From Candidatus Marinacidobacterales bacterium (GTDB lineage Bacteria > Acidobacteriota > Vicinamibacteria > Marinacidobacterales > SMYC01): a DNA stretch of 64,000 nt. Location: positions 1,024,001 to 1,088,000 of the forward strand of contig CBDCYI010000011.1 of the NCBI GenBank assembly GCA_965224085.1. Reading direction: 5' to 3'. Below, piece after piece: positions 39,746-49,193 of the stretch. The position numbers and the translations under genes were made by a program. The notes beneath the pieces are model-generated. The model did not search any database. It saw only the letters and a list, made by a program, of their open reading frames with translations, and was not told the origin of the DNA. Position 1 is the stretch's first letter. Each line of letters opens with the position of its first letter.

Positions 39746-40243
39746 TCATGTCGGGTCGTTCGCGGCGGTGATGACATTCTCCCGGCCGCGTCTTGCGCGG
39801 TATTGCAACAAGAAGCGTTTCAGAATCCAATAGGCCATCATGGCAAAAGCGGCCGAGAGGATGAAGTTTCCGGCGACAAAAGGCACGAGCAGATTCCACG
39901 CGTCGGCGGTCAGCTCGCTCCAAAACCGTCGGGAAGATAGCGTTTCATAGTTCATTTCGGGCAAGGCTGCATCGCTCCCGAGAATGAAGACGCCGAGGCC
40001 CGTGCCGAGCGCTGCCGCGGGCGCCACGGTCCATGGGGTATTCGAGTAGACGCCGGCAAGGAAGGCGAGGCGATTGACGCGAAACAGAAGGAGGACCGCG
40101 ATCGCGATAAGCGTGTGAAAACCTATGAACGGTGAGAAGCCGACGAGCACCCCGAAACCAAAGGTCCGGGCGGTGCGCTCTGGCGGCTCATCCATGAGCA
40201 ACAACTGGCGCAGGGTGCGCCTAAACCTTCGTTTTTCGGTCAT
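39746..40243 (-). CDS. DUF2062-family membrane protein
   Basis: P...A..F..GV..GFSPFIGFHT, N.......NTPWT. Confidence 0.85.
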   Translation of the reverse strand: MTEKRRFRRTLRQLLLMDEPPERTARTFGFGVLVGFSPFIGFHTLIAIAVLLLFRVNRLAFLAGVYSNTPWTVAPAAALGTGLGVFILGSDAALPEMNYETLSSRRFWSELTADAWNLLVPFVAGNFILSAAFAMMAYWILKRFLLQYRARRGRENVITAANDPT

Positions 40244-40620
40244 TGCTCGAATCGCTGTTCGCCCAAGTCTTGCTCCTCCGCATGGGTTCACGGGTGTGTT
40301 CTCTGCATTTTCGCACTTTTTGATCTCGAAGGCAGAAAGGATCACTGAGGGTTCCTGAAAGCGTGGGACAAAGGCGATTCGTTGGACGACGGATGGGCTG
40401 ACTCGACTCGATCGTTGAAGATCGCGCGCTTTCGATTTAGAATAACTTCTCGCGGAGACGGCATTTCGACTGCGCTAGATGTGATGACCGATGGGCTCGG
40501 CACCCAGTTAACGAAACTTCGTGCCGGGCCGAAACGTTTGAGCGTGCGCGAGGTCGTGGTTCGTAGCTGGACATTCAGCGGCCAGGCACAGGCGTCCTGG
40601 CTGTCCGAAGGTGCGAAGCC

Positions 40621-40916
40621 ATGCGAAAGACGAGTTCTGATTCGTTCTACCCTTTGCTGGTGGGTCTGCTTTTAGCCAGTCTTCCCGCAATCGGCTCGGC
40701 CCAGTCCAAGGTCTGGATGGGCAAAGAAAAAGACTCCGAGCGATTCTTGGCGAATGCCGAGATTACGTCCGTCCGGGATGTAGGTAGCGGCGTGAATCAG
40801 CCGAAGCGGATCACGTTGAGGCAAGGGACTCGGGAGCTCGACGCATTGTGGAAGACTATCTCGAGCTGCGGCACCTTCTGGTCATCCCGAATCCGAGCTG
40901 GGTCCAAGGAGGTTGA
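40621..40916 (+). pseudogene. Internally deleted secreted kinase-like paralog 1
   Basis: Signal peptide then FL.NAEI...DVGSGVNQPKRITL....ALWK; homology lost after ~40860. Confidence 0.65.
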
Positions 40917-41718
40917 TGATGTCGACATTGTGCTACGCCTGCCTCCCTCTCCTCCTCGTTGGTGCGCCGGGCGAAGCACTCGAGGAGCCGAACGCGGAGC
41001 GCGCGTCTTTCCTTCGCGAGGCTGAGGTCGTCGGCCAGGAGACGATTAGTACCGGAATCACGCGTCCGCAGTTCGTCGAGTTCCGCCGGAACGGCGTGAC
41101 GCGCCGCGCGGCTTTCAAGCGCCTCGAAGCCGAGTTCCCGCGCCGGGTCACGAAGGTGGGGGGCGAGCAGCAGCAGGGTTTGCGGGATTCGTGGAAGTTC
41201 GAGGTGGCCGCCTACGAGCTGGATCAGTACTCGGACTCGGGATGGTGCCTGTGACAGTCGTTCGAGAGGTGGACGGGCACGAAGGGGCTCTGATCGACTG
41301 GGTGGACGACATCCTGCCTGATTTCGAGACGTCTCCTGTGGGCTTCTCCCTCGCCGATTGGCAGAAACAAGTCGAAGCTGTATGGTTTTTCGACTACCTT
41401 GCCTACAATATTGATCGCACACCCGAGAACCTGCTCGTCACCAAAGGATTCAAAATCCGGCTGATCGATCACTCGCGTGCGTTTCAAAGTTTCTTGAGGC
41501 CGATGCGGCCGCTGACTCGATTTCCCGAGCTTGCGATCGACCGGCTGCGGGTGCTCGAGGAAGATGACTTTCAAAAGGCGTTGGGATCCTATCTGGACGG
41601 CGATGAAATGGAGGCCTTGCTCGAGAGAAGAAAGCGCCTGCTAGAGCACGTGGACCGACTGCTCGAAGAGCGCGCAAACGCCGAAGTGTTTTCTCGAGCT
41701 AAAGGAGAGCAACTATGA
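40916..41718 (+). pseudogene. Secreted atypical kinase-like paralog 2, frameshift near 41228
   Basis: FLREAEVV...GITRP...AAFK...EVAAYELD / LGLGMVP.TV.R...DYLAYNIDRTPEN...LIDHSRAF. Confidence 0.8.
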
Positions 41719-42512
41719 AGAAAGTACTTTTTGCCATTCTGACGACGCTGGCGCTCGCAGCCACGGTCACCGCGGCCCAGGCCGTCGATGACGTATCGTG
41801 CGAGTACAAATCATGGTTGTCCGCGGAGGACGACGTCTCGGCTCTGTTGACCGGTGCCGAGATCGTCTCGATGGAGGCTATCGGCATGGGCGTCACCAAT
41901 CCGTCGCGCGTCGATCTAAAGCAGGGGGAGCACGTGCTCGCCGGAGCATTCAAGCCCATCAAGCGCGGCCGGCAACGTGGCTTCTGGGAAAGCTACCAGG
42001 CGGAGATTGCGACCTACCTGATCGACAAGCTCATCGGCCTCGGTATGACACCTCCGACCGTCGAGCGGCGTATCAAGGGCAACAGAGGCTCTCTCCAGTT
42101 CTGGGTGGACGATTGCGAGCTTTACCGAGACGTTGAGAACAAAACGCCCAATACGCCGAGCTGGAGCCAGCAGCTATCACGCATGAAGATGATGGATGTC
42201 CTGATCAACAACGATGATCGGAACGCGCAGAACTTTCTCGTCGATCCCGACTTTCACATCATTCTCATCGATCACTCCCGGGCGTTCATTTCCAGCAAGA
42301 AGATGATCAACAACCCCAAGAAGCTTCCGAACCAGTTCGATCGCAAGCTCGTGGAGGCGTTGAAGGGGCTCGACAGCGACACGCTCGACGCCCATCTCAA
42401 GCCTTATTTGAACGGAGGCCAGATCAAAGGCGTTCTCGAGCGGCGCGACTTCCTGATGGAGCATCTCGACGAGCTCATTCAGGAGCGGGGCGAGGCGAGG
42501 GTTCTCTTCTAG
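41715..42512 (+). CDS. Secreted atypical kinase-like protein (PI4K-II/Fam20-like fold), paralog 3, intact
   Basis: Signal peptide; GMGVT loop, AFKP, EIATY, DVLINNDDRNAQN, LIDHSRAF. Confidence 0.8.
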   Translation: MKKVLFAILTTLALAATVTAAQAVDDVSCEYKSWLSAEDDVSALLTGAEIVSMEAIGMGVTNPSRVDLKQGEHVLAGAFKPIKRGRQRGFWESYQAEIATYLIDKLIGLGMTPPTVERRIKGNRGSLQFWVDDCELYRDVENKTPNTPSWSQQLSRMKMMDVLINNDDRNAQNFLVDPDFHIILIDHSRAFISSKKMINNPKKLPNQFDRKLVEALKGLDSDTLDAHLKPYLNGGQIKGVLERRDFLMEHLDELIQERGEARVLF

Positions 42513-42521
42513 CCGATTTTT

Positions 42522-42865
42522 CTACAGCTTCGCCCAACGGCGCACCGTTTCGTGGTGTTGCTTCCACGCGCGCCAAACAGCGGCGGCCCATTCGCGGACG
42601 CGCTCTTGGTGCGCGGCCACATCGTGGGCGGCATGCACGTGCTCGATGGTGACCGCGCCGAGGGATTCGGGCGGATCGAGCCACTCGAGAACGTCCTCGA
42701 GCGACGTCGCCCGCTTCATCATTCACGAGACTGGACTTCCCCGAAGAGCGCCCAGCACTGCGGCGGAGCGCTGATGTAGCGATGTGTCGGGCCCGGCGTG
42801 TAGGGCACGAGCGCGCCGCATCCCGGGCAGGCAATACGGGTAATCTTTTCCACCGTGGGGCTCAT
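42522..42865 (-). pseudogene. DUF5946-like gene with internal deletion/stop
   Basis: CPGCG...GPTHRYI...CWALFGEV..RE* followed directly by WLDPP..LG..TI..V......H...VREWA..VW.AW. Confidence 0.65.
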
Positions 42866-42920
42866 GGCCGAGGCCTCTCGCCATCATCTTTCACCCCGAT
42901 AGGCTTCATGGAGGCCAAGT

Positions 42921-43055
42921 CTACCGAACCTTGTGGCTCCGGATTCCGTTAAGTAGCGGCATAGGTGGCGCAGGGGAGGCGCTTTGAGCCTCTTGTGGCG
43001 CATCACCACCACACGCAATGGCGACGCACGCTAAAACACCCAGCATCTTTTTCAC
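42921..43055 (-). pseudogene. 44-codon lipoprotein-signal ORF, probably a 5' remnant
   Basis: GGAGG RBS, GTG start, MKKMLGVLACVAIAC lipobox, early stop. Confidence 0.4.
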
Positions 43056-43082
43056 GAAAAGTCCTCCCGAGGTCGGCCTCTA

Positions 43083-43145
43083 CGTTAACGCGTGAACCAA
43101 GCTGACGGCAGCGAGCGCCTCGTACGCCTTCTATGACCGTTATGA
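43083..43145 (-). other. Solitary degenerate integron attC-like site
   Basis: Minus strand TCATAAC-GGTCA-TAGAAGGC...GCTTGGT-TCACGC-GTTAACG, 63 bp, 16 nt after a stop codon and just before an RBS. Confidence 0.45.
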
Positions 43146-43161
43146 GCCGGAGTGGGTGAGC

Positions 43162-44736
43162 CTAAATCGAGGCCTCCGTGAGCGCGAGGGCTTGGCGTGC
43201 GGTCCGTAGTGGATGCTTTTGTTTGAGCGGCGCCTTGAGGAACCGGTTCAACGCTCCGATGCCATGGCGTCGTGCGCCATCCGAAAGAAACGGAAGAGCC
43301 GCTTCGACCGCGAGAGTCGTCTTCAAGAGATGCGCCGAGAAGATCGGCTCGAGAAGCCCGTGGTCGAGGATCTGCGCTTCCGCGTTCGCGAAGAACGCTG
43401 CCTCGTCTTCGACGAGCCAGCCTGCGACGTCTGCCGATTCATTGACGTACCTTTTGTTCCTTCCGACGAAACACGCCATTTGAAGAAGCGCTTTGGGCCA
43501 AAGCTCCGGCTGGCTTTCGCACAAAACGCGCACTGCGTTCGCGAAAGTCAAAGCGTGAGTGAAGTAGAGCCAACCGGCGTTCTGACTGACGGTCCGCTTG
43601 GCGGCAACGTCGAGCCGCTCGTCGAAACGCAACAAGTTGAGCGCGCTTGCTTCAAAGAGCGCCGAGTAGATCGCCGGCGGAGCGTGTCGCTGCAGCCGCT
43701 CGCCCGTCCATGCGAGCGTGGCTTTCGTGCTCATCCCAAACGGCGCTACAAGCTTTCCGGCGTCTTGACCCGTGGCGGTCGCACCTTCGAGATGCTCGCC
43801 ATAAACGGCGAAATCGGGTAGCAGGTCGTCCCGTGTCGTGTAGCAGAGCATTCGGGTGAGCGGCAAGACGACGAGCGACGTATAGGCCTCCCCGAGCGCC
43901 TCGATGAGCGCGCCAGCCTTCGAGACATAGATCGCCGCGTGACCGAAGTCGTTGTAGTGGGCGAACGCCACCTGGGAATACCAGGGCTCGAGCTCGCTCC
44001 AAAGGCGTCCTTCGTCGAGAGCACCGCGCGCGAGCCCCATGGCGCGCGGCTCGCCTTCGGCTTCGATGGCGTCGAGAAACGCTTTTCCCTCGAATGGCGC
44101 TGTCTTCTCGGCAAAAGGGTAGGTCGGGTGTCGCAGCGCGTCGTGAGCGATATGGTCGATCGCTTCGGTCGAACAGACGACTTTGCGTTCGGGAAGGCCC
44201 TCGCGCCGGTAGAGCTCGATCCAGTCCGCTGCTGCGGCGTAGGCGTGAGTCGTTCCGTATTCGAAGCGGTCGTACGTGTGCCTGACGGCGGTCCGGATCC
44301 CGTCGAGCGGATCGAGGCCCCGCAACAGCAGCCGGGAGATCTCTCTCGCGATGCGTCCGTATTGACGATCTTCGATGGCCTCCTCGAGTCCTTTGAGGAT
44401 AGTGTCGTGATAGGACGCTGCCGGTGGATCGGTCACGTCTACATAGATGAAGCCGTCGGCCACTTTGGTAGGGTACGAGCGTACGTGGTCTTCGCCTAGA
44501 ATACATTCGCCCGATTCGAGACGAAATCGCCAGTTGTGCCATTGGCACGTCAGAACACACGTCTTAGTGTCGACCGTGCCCTGGAGCAGTGGGTAGCCCT
44601 CGTGGGGACAACGGTTGTCGACCGCAAAGACCTCACCTTCGACGGTGAACAAGGCGATCTGGCGCTTTCCACGCCTCACGAGAGCTTGCCCTTTTTTCCG
44701 CACCTCCGATATCGGGGCAGCTTGGATCCAATCCAT
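43162..44736 (-). CDS. Rieske [2Fe-2S] domain fused to a His-rich helical region
   Basis: NRCPHEG...TCQWHNW; later TTHAY, DFGHAAI, FTHALT, SAHLLK. Confidence 0.85.
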   Translation of the reverse strand: MDWIQAAPISEVRKKGQALVRRGKRQIALFTVEGEVFAVDNRCPHEGYPLLQGTVDTKTCVLTCQWHNWRFRLESGECILGEDHVRSYPTKVADGFIYVDVTDPPAASYHDTILKGLEEAIEDRQYGRIAREISRLLLRGLDPLDGIRTAVRHTYDRFEYGTTHAYAAAADWIELYRREGLPERKVVCSTEAIDHIAHDALRHPTYPFAEKTAPFEGKAFLDAIEAEGEPRAMGLARGALDEGRLWSELEPWYSQVAFAHYNDFGHAAIYVSKAGALIEALGEAYTSLVVLPLTRMLCYTTRDDLLPDFAVYGEHLEGATATGQDAGKLVAPFGMSTKATLAWTGERLQRHAPPAIYSALFEASALNLLRFDERLDVAAKRTVSQNAGWLYFTHALTFANAVRVLCESQPELWPKALLQMACFVGRNKRYVNESADVAGWLVEDEAAFFANAEAQILDHGLLEPIFSAHLLKTTLAVEAALPFLSDGARRHGIGALNRFLKAPLKQKHPLRTARQALALTEASI

Positions 44737-44811
44737 GATTGTCTCCTCCTATGATATCGTCACGGGCGACCCGGGCGCATCTTTTTTGACGCGCCGGGGA
44801 TCGAGCGCCTC

Positions 44812-45240
44812 ATGTGGTTGGTTTTGTTCCTCGCGTTCGCCGCCGATGCCGAAAAAGACGTTCGAGCTTTCGTTGTCGAATTTGCCGACACGTGGACCCA
44901 CGCTGACAGGCCCGAGGACGTCGCGGCTTACTACGCCGTTGATGCGACGCACGTGAATCCTCAAGGCAAGTGGGTGCGAAGCCGCGCGGAGCTCGTTCCT
45001 TATTTCGAGCCTCTCGTTTTTGGCCGCTCCGATAGCTTCGACGCCGCCTTCGACATCGAGGCTGTTCACTTCGTGACGGACGACGTAGCGCTCGTGGACG
45101 GCACGATCGTCATTCGCGGGATGCGGGGGCGGGACGGCGTCATCATCCCGCGCCTTCTCGAACGCTTCGCGTTCGTATTGAAAACAAACGGTGGTCGGTG
45201 GGAGATCACTGCATCACGCGTGATGTTTCCCGCCGGCTGA
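44812..45240 (+). CDS. NTF2-like (SgcJ/EcaC, DUF4440) secreted protein
   Basis: YAVDA..VNP.G......E, VHFVT.DVALV, GRW.I. Confidence 0.75.
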   Translation: MWLVLFLAFAADAEKDVRAFVVEFADTWTHADRPEDVAAYYAVDATHVNPQGKWVRSRAELVPYFEPLVFGRSDSFDAAFDIEAVHFVTDDVALVDGTIVIRGMRGRDGVIIPRLLERFAFVLKTNGGRWEITASRVMFPAG

Positions 45241-45267
45241 GACGAACAAAAACAAGGAGAGTTTCTT

Positions 45268-46452
45268 TTGAAGAATGCCATCGTTGCTGCCGCCTTGATG
45301 GCCGCGGCCTGCAGTGTCGAGGCCGCGGACAAGAAACCCGTCACGCTCGACGGCGCCAATCCTGACGCGACTTTCAGCTCTGCTGTTTGGACGGGCGATT
45401 TCCTGCATCTCTCTGGCAATCTCGGAGGCGTGCCGGGGAAGGGCATCATCGGGGACATCCGCGCACAGACAAGGCAGACCTTCGCGAACTTGAAGCGCAT
45501 CCTCGACGCGGCCGGGCTCGACTATTCGCGTGTCGTGAGTGTGAGCGTCTATCTGACGGACGATCGTCATTACGAAGCGCTGAACGAAGTCTTTCATGAG
45601 GTCTTTCCCGAAGACGCGCCGACGCGGGCCACCGTTCGGACAGACCTCGCCGCCGCGAGCGGCTTCATCGAGATCTCGATGGTCGCGGCTCGCCGCGGCC
45701 TCGACATCCGTCGCATTCATCCCGAAAGTTGGCGGCCTGCACGACAAGGCTTTGCCTATGGCATGCTCGCCGGCGACACGCTCTTCGTCTCCGGCCTCGT
45801 TTCGAGCGACCCCGCGAAGGGGGGGATCGTCAACGGCGATATCGGCGTGCAGATGAAACAAACGCTCGATAATCTCGGCAAAGTGCTCACGGCCGCGGGC
45901 ATGGATTATAGCGACGTCGTCGCGAACCGCGTTTACTTGAGGGACGGTCGTGACTTCTCGGGGATGAACGAAGTCTATCGCACCGTCTTCAGCGAGAACC
46001 CTCCTGCCCGCGCGACGGTACGTGCTGGCGTGATGCATCCCGACGCGCGTCTCGAGATCCATTCGGTCGCGGTGAAGGACAGCGCGCGCCGCGTCGCCGG
46101 AGACAGGCGCCCCGGGAGCCTGATCTCGCCTTCGGTCGTGTCGGGCGGCCGTCAATATCTTGCGGGCATGACGGGTCGCGGCCCGGATGGCTACGCTCCG
46201 GGTGATGTGAAAGCGCAGACCCGCCAAGCGGTAGCAAAGCTCAAAGCGACGCTCGAAGCGGCGGGGCTCGGACTCGAAGATGTCGTTGAGAGCACGGTGT
46301 TTCTCACCGACATCCGGCACTTCTCCGCGATGAACGAGATCTATCGCGAGCTCGTGCCCGGGCCGCGTCCGGCGCGCACGACGGTGGGTACGGCGTTGAT
46401 GTCCCCCGACGCGCTCGTCGAGATCATGATGATCGCCGATGCGAAAAAGTAA
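45268..46452 (+). CDS. Lipoprotein with three tandem RidA domains
   Basis: AAAC lipobox; three repeats ending PTRATV..IEI, PARATV..LEI, PARTTV..VEI. Confidence 0.88.
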   Translation: MKNAIVAAALMAAACSVEAADKKPVTLDGANPDATFSSAVWTGDFLHLSGNLGGVPGKGIIGDIRAQTRQTFANLKRILDAAGLDYSRVVSVSVYLTDDRHYEALNEVFHEVFPEDAPTRATVRTDLAAASGFIEISMVAARRGLDIRRIHPESWRPARQGFAYGMLAGDTLFVSGLVSSDPAKGGIVNGDIGVQMKQTLDNLGKVLTAAGMDYSDVVANRVYLRDGRDFSGMNEVYRTVFSENPPARATVRAGVMHPDARLEIHSVAVKDSARRVAGDRRPGSLISPSVVSGGRQYLAGMTGRGPDGYAPGDVKAQTRQAVAKLKATLEAAGLGLEDVVESTVFLTDIRHFSAMNEIYRELVPGPRPARTTVGTALMSPDALVEIMMIADAKK

Positions 46453-46475
46453 GCAAAAAAGATGAGCAACCCGGC

Positions 46476-47042
46476 CTATTTGCGGCAGCGGTAAACGACC
46501 GCCGGAGGGAAGTTCTTCCAGACGATCTCGCTCGTCTCGACACTTGTAAAGTGGTCGTCGAGACATCGACGGAATCGTCTGCCGCTCGTGAGTGGAAGAC
46601 CGACGACGTAGGCATACGTGACGAACTGAGCGCCGGGAGGCATCTTCTTCAACATCTCGGCGACATAGTGATCTTGCTGCTCGTCCGAGAATGAGGCCCA
46701 AGGAAGGCCACTAATGACGCTGTCGATCTTCGAGACCCCGTGCTCGTCGCAGATGGCCGCGATGTTCTCGACGGAATCGTGATAGAGAGTGACGTTCGGG
46801 AACGATTCGCGGAAGGAAGTCGCGAAGGACGCGTTCCGCTCGATGGCGAAAAACGTCGCCGCGGGACGCAAGTGCTGCAAGATCTCTCCGGTGATGATAC
46901 CCTTTCCCGGACCATATTCGACGGCCATGTCGACCCGGTGCCACTCGATCCAGTCCACCATGGCCGTCACGAGGCTCTTGGAGCTTTCGGTGACGGTCCC
47001 GACCTCGCGCGGCGTGCGCAAGAACTCAGCGAAGTGATCCAT
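46476..47042 (-). CDS. SAM-dependent methyltransferase (phospholipid N-methyltransferase PmtA-like)
   Basis: F.EFLR.P..VG.V..SS..L, VEYGPG.G.IT, VISGLP, WKNFPPA. Confidence 0.85.
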   Translation of the reverse strand: MDHFAEFLRTPREVGTVTESSKSLVTAMVDWIEWHRVDMAVEYGPGKGIITGEILQHLRPAATFFAIERNASFATSFRESFPNVTLYHDSVENIAAICDEHGVSKIDSVISGLPWASFSDEQQDHYVAEMLKKMPPGAQFVTYAYVVGLPLTSGRRFRRCLDDHFTSVETSEIVWKNFPPAVVYRCRK

Positions 47043-47068
47043 GGCGCTTGGTAGTGTAGCATGTAGCC

Positions 47069-47662
47069 TTGCTTTTCAAGACGCGATTTCACGACGGGAT
47101 TCGGCAAGGCGCGATCACCGCGACGGTACGGGCGTGGAAGAGCGAGCGCGTCAAAGTCGGCAAGCGATACCGTGTGGGAGCATTGGGTAGCATCGTGGTG
47201 GAGGCGGTCGATCGCATCCACCTCGATGCCGTTCGATTGAAAGATGCTCGGGAATCGGGGTTCGACTCTCTGGCGTCACTTGCAGAGATGCTAAGAAACG
47301 AAAGCCATCGAAGGCTCACGCCCAAGAGCCACGTCTACCGCGTCCGCTTCCACTTTGCCGGTGAAGGGAAGGACCCGCAGCCAGCGCACTCCGTAGAGGA
47401 GCTGAACTTGCGGCTCGCGCGCATGGACAGATTGAGTCGCAAAGGCCCGTGGACCCGGCAGGTGCTCGCGCTGATTGGGAAGCATCCGCGCGTCGCCGCG
47501 TCCGAGCTCGCGCGTCAACTCGATTGCGACCGGGCCGTCTTCAAATCGGACGTACGAAAATTGAAGAAGCTCGGGCTCACGACGAGCCACGCCGTGGGCT
47601 ATGAGCTGACGGATACCGCGACAAGGCTCCTGCGATCTCAATCGAGAAAATCGCGAGCGTGA
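47069..47662 (+). CDS. ASCH/PUA-like domain plus winged-helix protein
   Basis: GI..G.IT.T.R.W, DARESGF; FK.DVRKLKKLGLT.S..VGY.L. Confidence 0.75.
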   Translation: MLFKTRFHDGIRQGAITATVRAWKSERVKVGKRYRVGALGSIVVEAVDRIHLDAVRLKDARESGFDSLASLAEMLRNESHRRLTPKSHVYRVRFHFAGEGKDPQPAHSVEELNLRLARMDRLSRKGPWTRQVLALIGKHPRVAASELARQLDCDRAVFKSDVRKLKKLGLTTSHAVGYELTDTATRLLRSQSRKSRA

Positions 47663-47694
47663 TCCAGCTCGCTACGGCCTCCGAAAGCCGTCAC

Positions 47695-49026
47695 TTACTC
47701 TCCATGGTTTCCGTAGAGGTAGTCGTTCACGAGGTTTTCGAGCGCTTCCTGGCGGCCGCTGACGCGCGGGGGCTCGCCGGCGGAGGCCGCGGTCTCTTCG
47801 AGCTCCACGAATGTCGTCTCACGAGCGAGGATCTTCTGCCCGAGCTTCGATTCGCGAAAGCCTGCATAGCGCTCGGCGATGGGCGTCGAGAGAACGCCGT
47901 CGTCCGTCATCTTCTGAGCGACGAGCAGAGCACGCGCGAAGGTGTCCATGCCTCCAATGTGAGCGTGGAAGAGATCGATGGTGTCGAACGAGCCGCGGCG
48001 GAGTTTGGCGTCGAAGTTCAGTCCGCCATCGCCGAGACCACCTTGTCCCAGAATGACGAGCATCGCCATCGTGGCACTCGCGAGATCGGTGGGAAACTGG
48101 TCCGTGTCCCAACCCAAGTTGAGGTCACCCCGATTGATGTCGAGACTTCCCAGCCTTCCCGCAATCGACGCGACCATCAGGTCGTGCTGCCACGTATGGG
48201 CGGCGAGGGTGGCGTGGTTGGACTCGATGTTCAGCTTGAAGCGGTCGAAGAGGTCGAACTCCCGCAAAAAGCCAATCGTCGTCGCGGCGTCGTAGTCGTA
48301 TTGGTGCGTCGTCGGCTCCATGGGCTTCGGCTCGATGAGCAAAGTTCCTTCGAAGCCGATGGACTTGGCGTAGTCCGACGCGAGGTGAAGAAATGCGGCC
48401 ATTTGCTCTCGCTCTTGCCTCAAGTCGGTGTTGAGAAGCGTCGAATAGCCTTCGCGTCCGCCCCAGAAAACGTAGCCGGTCCCGCCGAGCTCGAGCGTGG
48501 CGTCCATCGCCCGGCGCACTTGAGCTGCGGCATGAGCGACAACGAGCGGGTCGGGGTTCGTAGCTGCACCGTGGATAAAGCGCGGATGAGAGAACAAATT
48601 AGCCGTACCCCAGAGAAGTCGCACGCCCGTCTCTTTCTGTCGCCGCGCGGCATGCTCGACCATCGCCGAGAGGTTCTGGTGGTTCTCCGAGATAGAGCTC
48701 CCCTCCGGCGCGATGTCGCGGTCGTGGAAGCAGTAATACTCGACGCCGAGCTTGGTGAACAACTCGAACGCGGCGTCCATCGTCGAGCGCGCGGCCTCCA
48801 TCGGGTCGAATGCCGTCCCCCATGGCCGCACAAAGCTTCCTCCTCCAAACACGTCGGCCCCCGTGCCGCGCATCGTGTGCCAGTAACAGACGGCAAACTT
48901 CAAATGCTCGGACATGCGCTTTCCCGCTACTTCCCGATCCTTGTCGTAGTAGCGGAACGCGAGAGGATTCCTCGAATCGGGACCTTCATAAGGGATGGGC
49001 GTTTCGACTTCCGGAAAATAGGTCAT
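47695..49026 (-). CDS. xylA: Xylose isomerase (class II)
   Basis: AVCYWHT, CFHD.D, VFWGGREGY, LIEPKP.EPT, KLNIE.NHA, GWDTDQFP, NFDAK.RR. Confidence 0.97.
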   Translation of the reverse strand: MTYFPEVETPIPYEGPDSRNPLAFRYYDKDREVAGKRMSEHLKFAVCYWHTMRGTGADVFGGGSFVRPWGTAFDPMEAARSTMDAAFELFTKLGVEYYCFHDRDIAPEGSSISENHQNLSAMVEHAARRQKETGVRLLWGTANLFSHPRFIHGAATNPDPLVVAHAAAQVRRAMDATLELGGTGYVFWGGREGYSTLLNTDLRQEREQMAAFLHLASDYAKSIGFEGTLLIEPKPMEPTTHQYDYDAATTIGFLREFDLFDRFKLNIESNHATLAAHTWQHDLMVASIAGRLGSLDINRGDLNLGWDTDQFPTDLASATMAMLVILGQGGLGDGGLNFDAKLRRGSFDTIDLFHAHIGGMDTFARALLVAQKMTDDGVLSTPIAERYAGFRESKLGQKILARETTFVELEETAASAGEPPRVSGRQEALENLVNDYLYGNHGE

Positions 49027-49049
49027 GGCGTCCTGTCTTTTTGTGTAGT

Positions 49050-49119
49050 GCTCGCTCTCTCTTCGTTCGCTCGCTGGACCCGTCGTCGGCGCTTCGCGCC
49101 GGGCTCGCTCCGCTCGCGC
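49050..49119. repeat. REP-like GC-rich intergenic repeat, copy A
   Basis: ctctctcttcgttcgctcgc...tcgtcggcgcttcgcgccggg shared with 51567-51638. Confidence 0.65.
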
Positions 49120-49193
49120 ACGCTATTGTATTTTCACCCAGCCTGCTAGTGCGCGGTCATCACGCGGTTTGGGATCAAGAGAAAAGGTGCTAA

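Noticed and set aside
40330-40400. GAAAGCGTGGGACAAAG resembling a c-di-GMP-I riboswitch core
   Set aside because: Required P1/P2 pairing and GCAAA motif not found by eye
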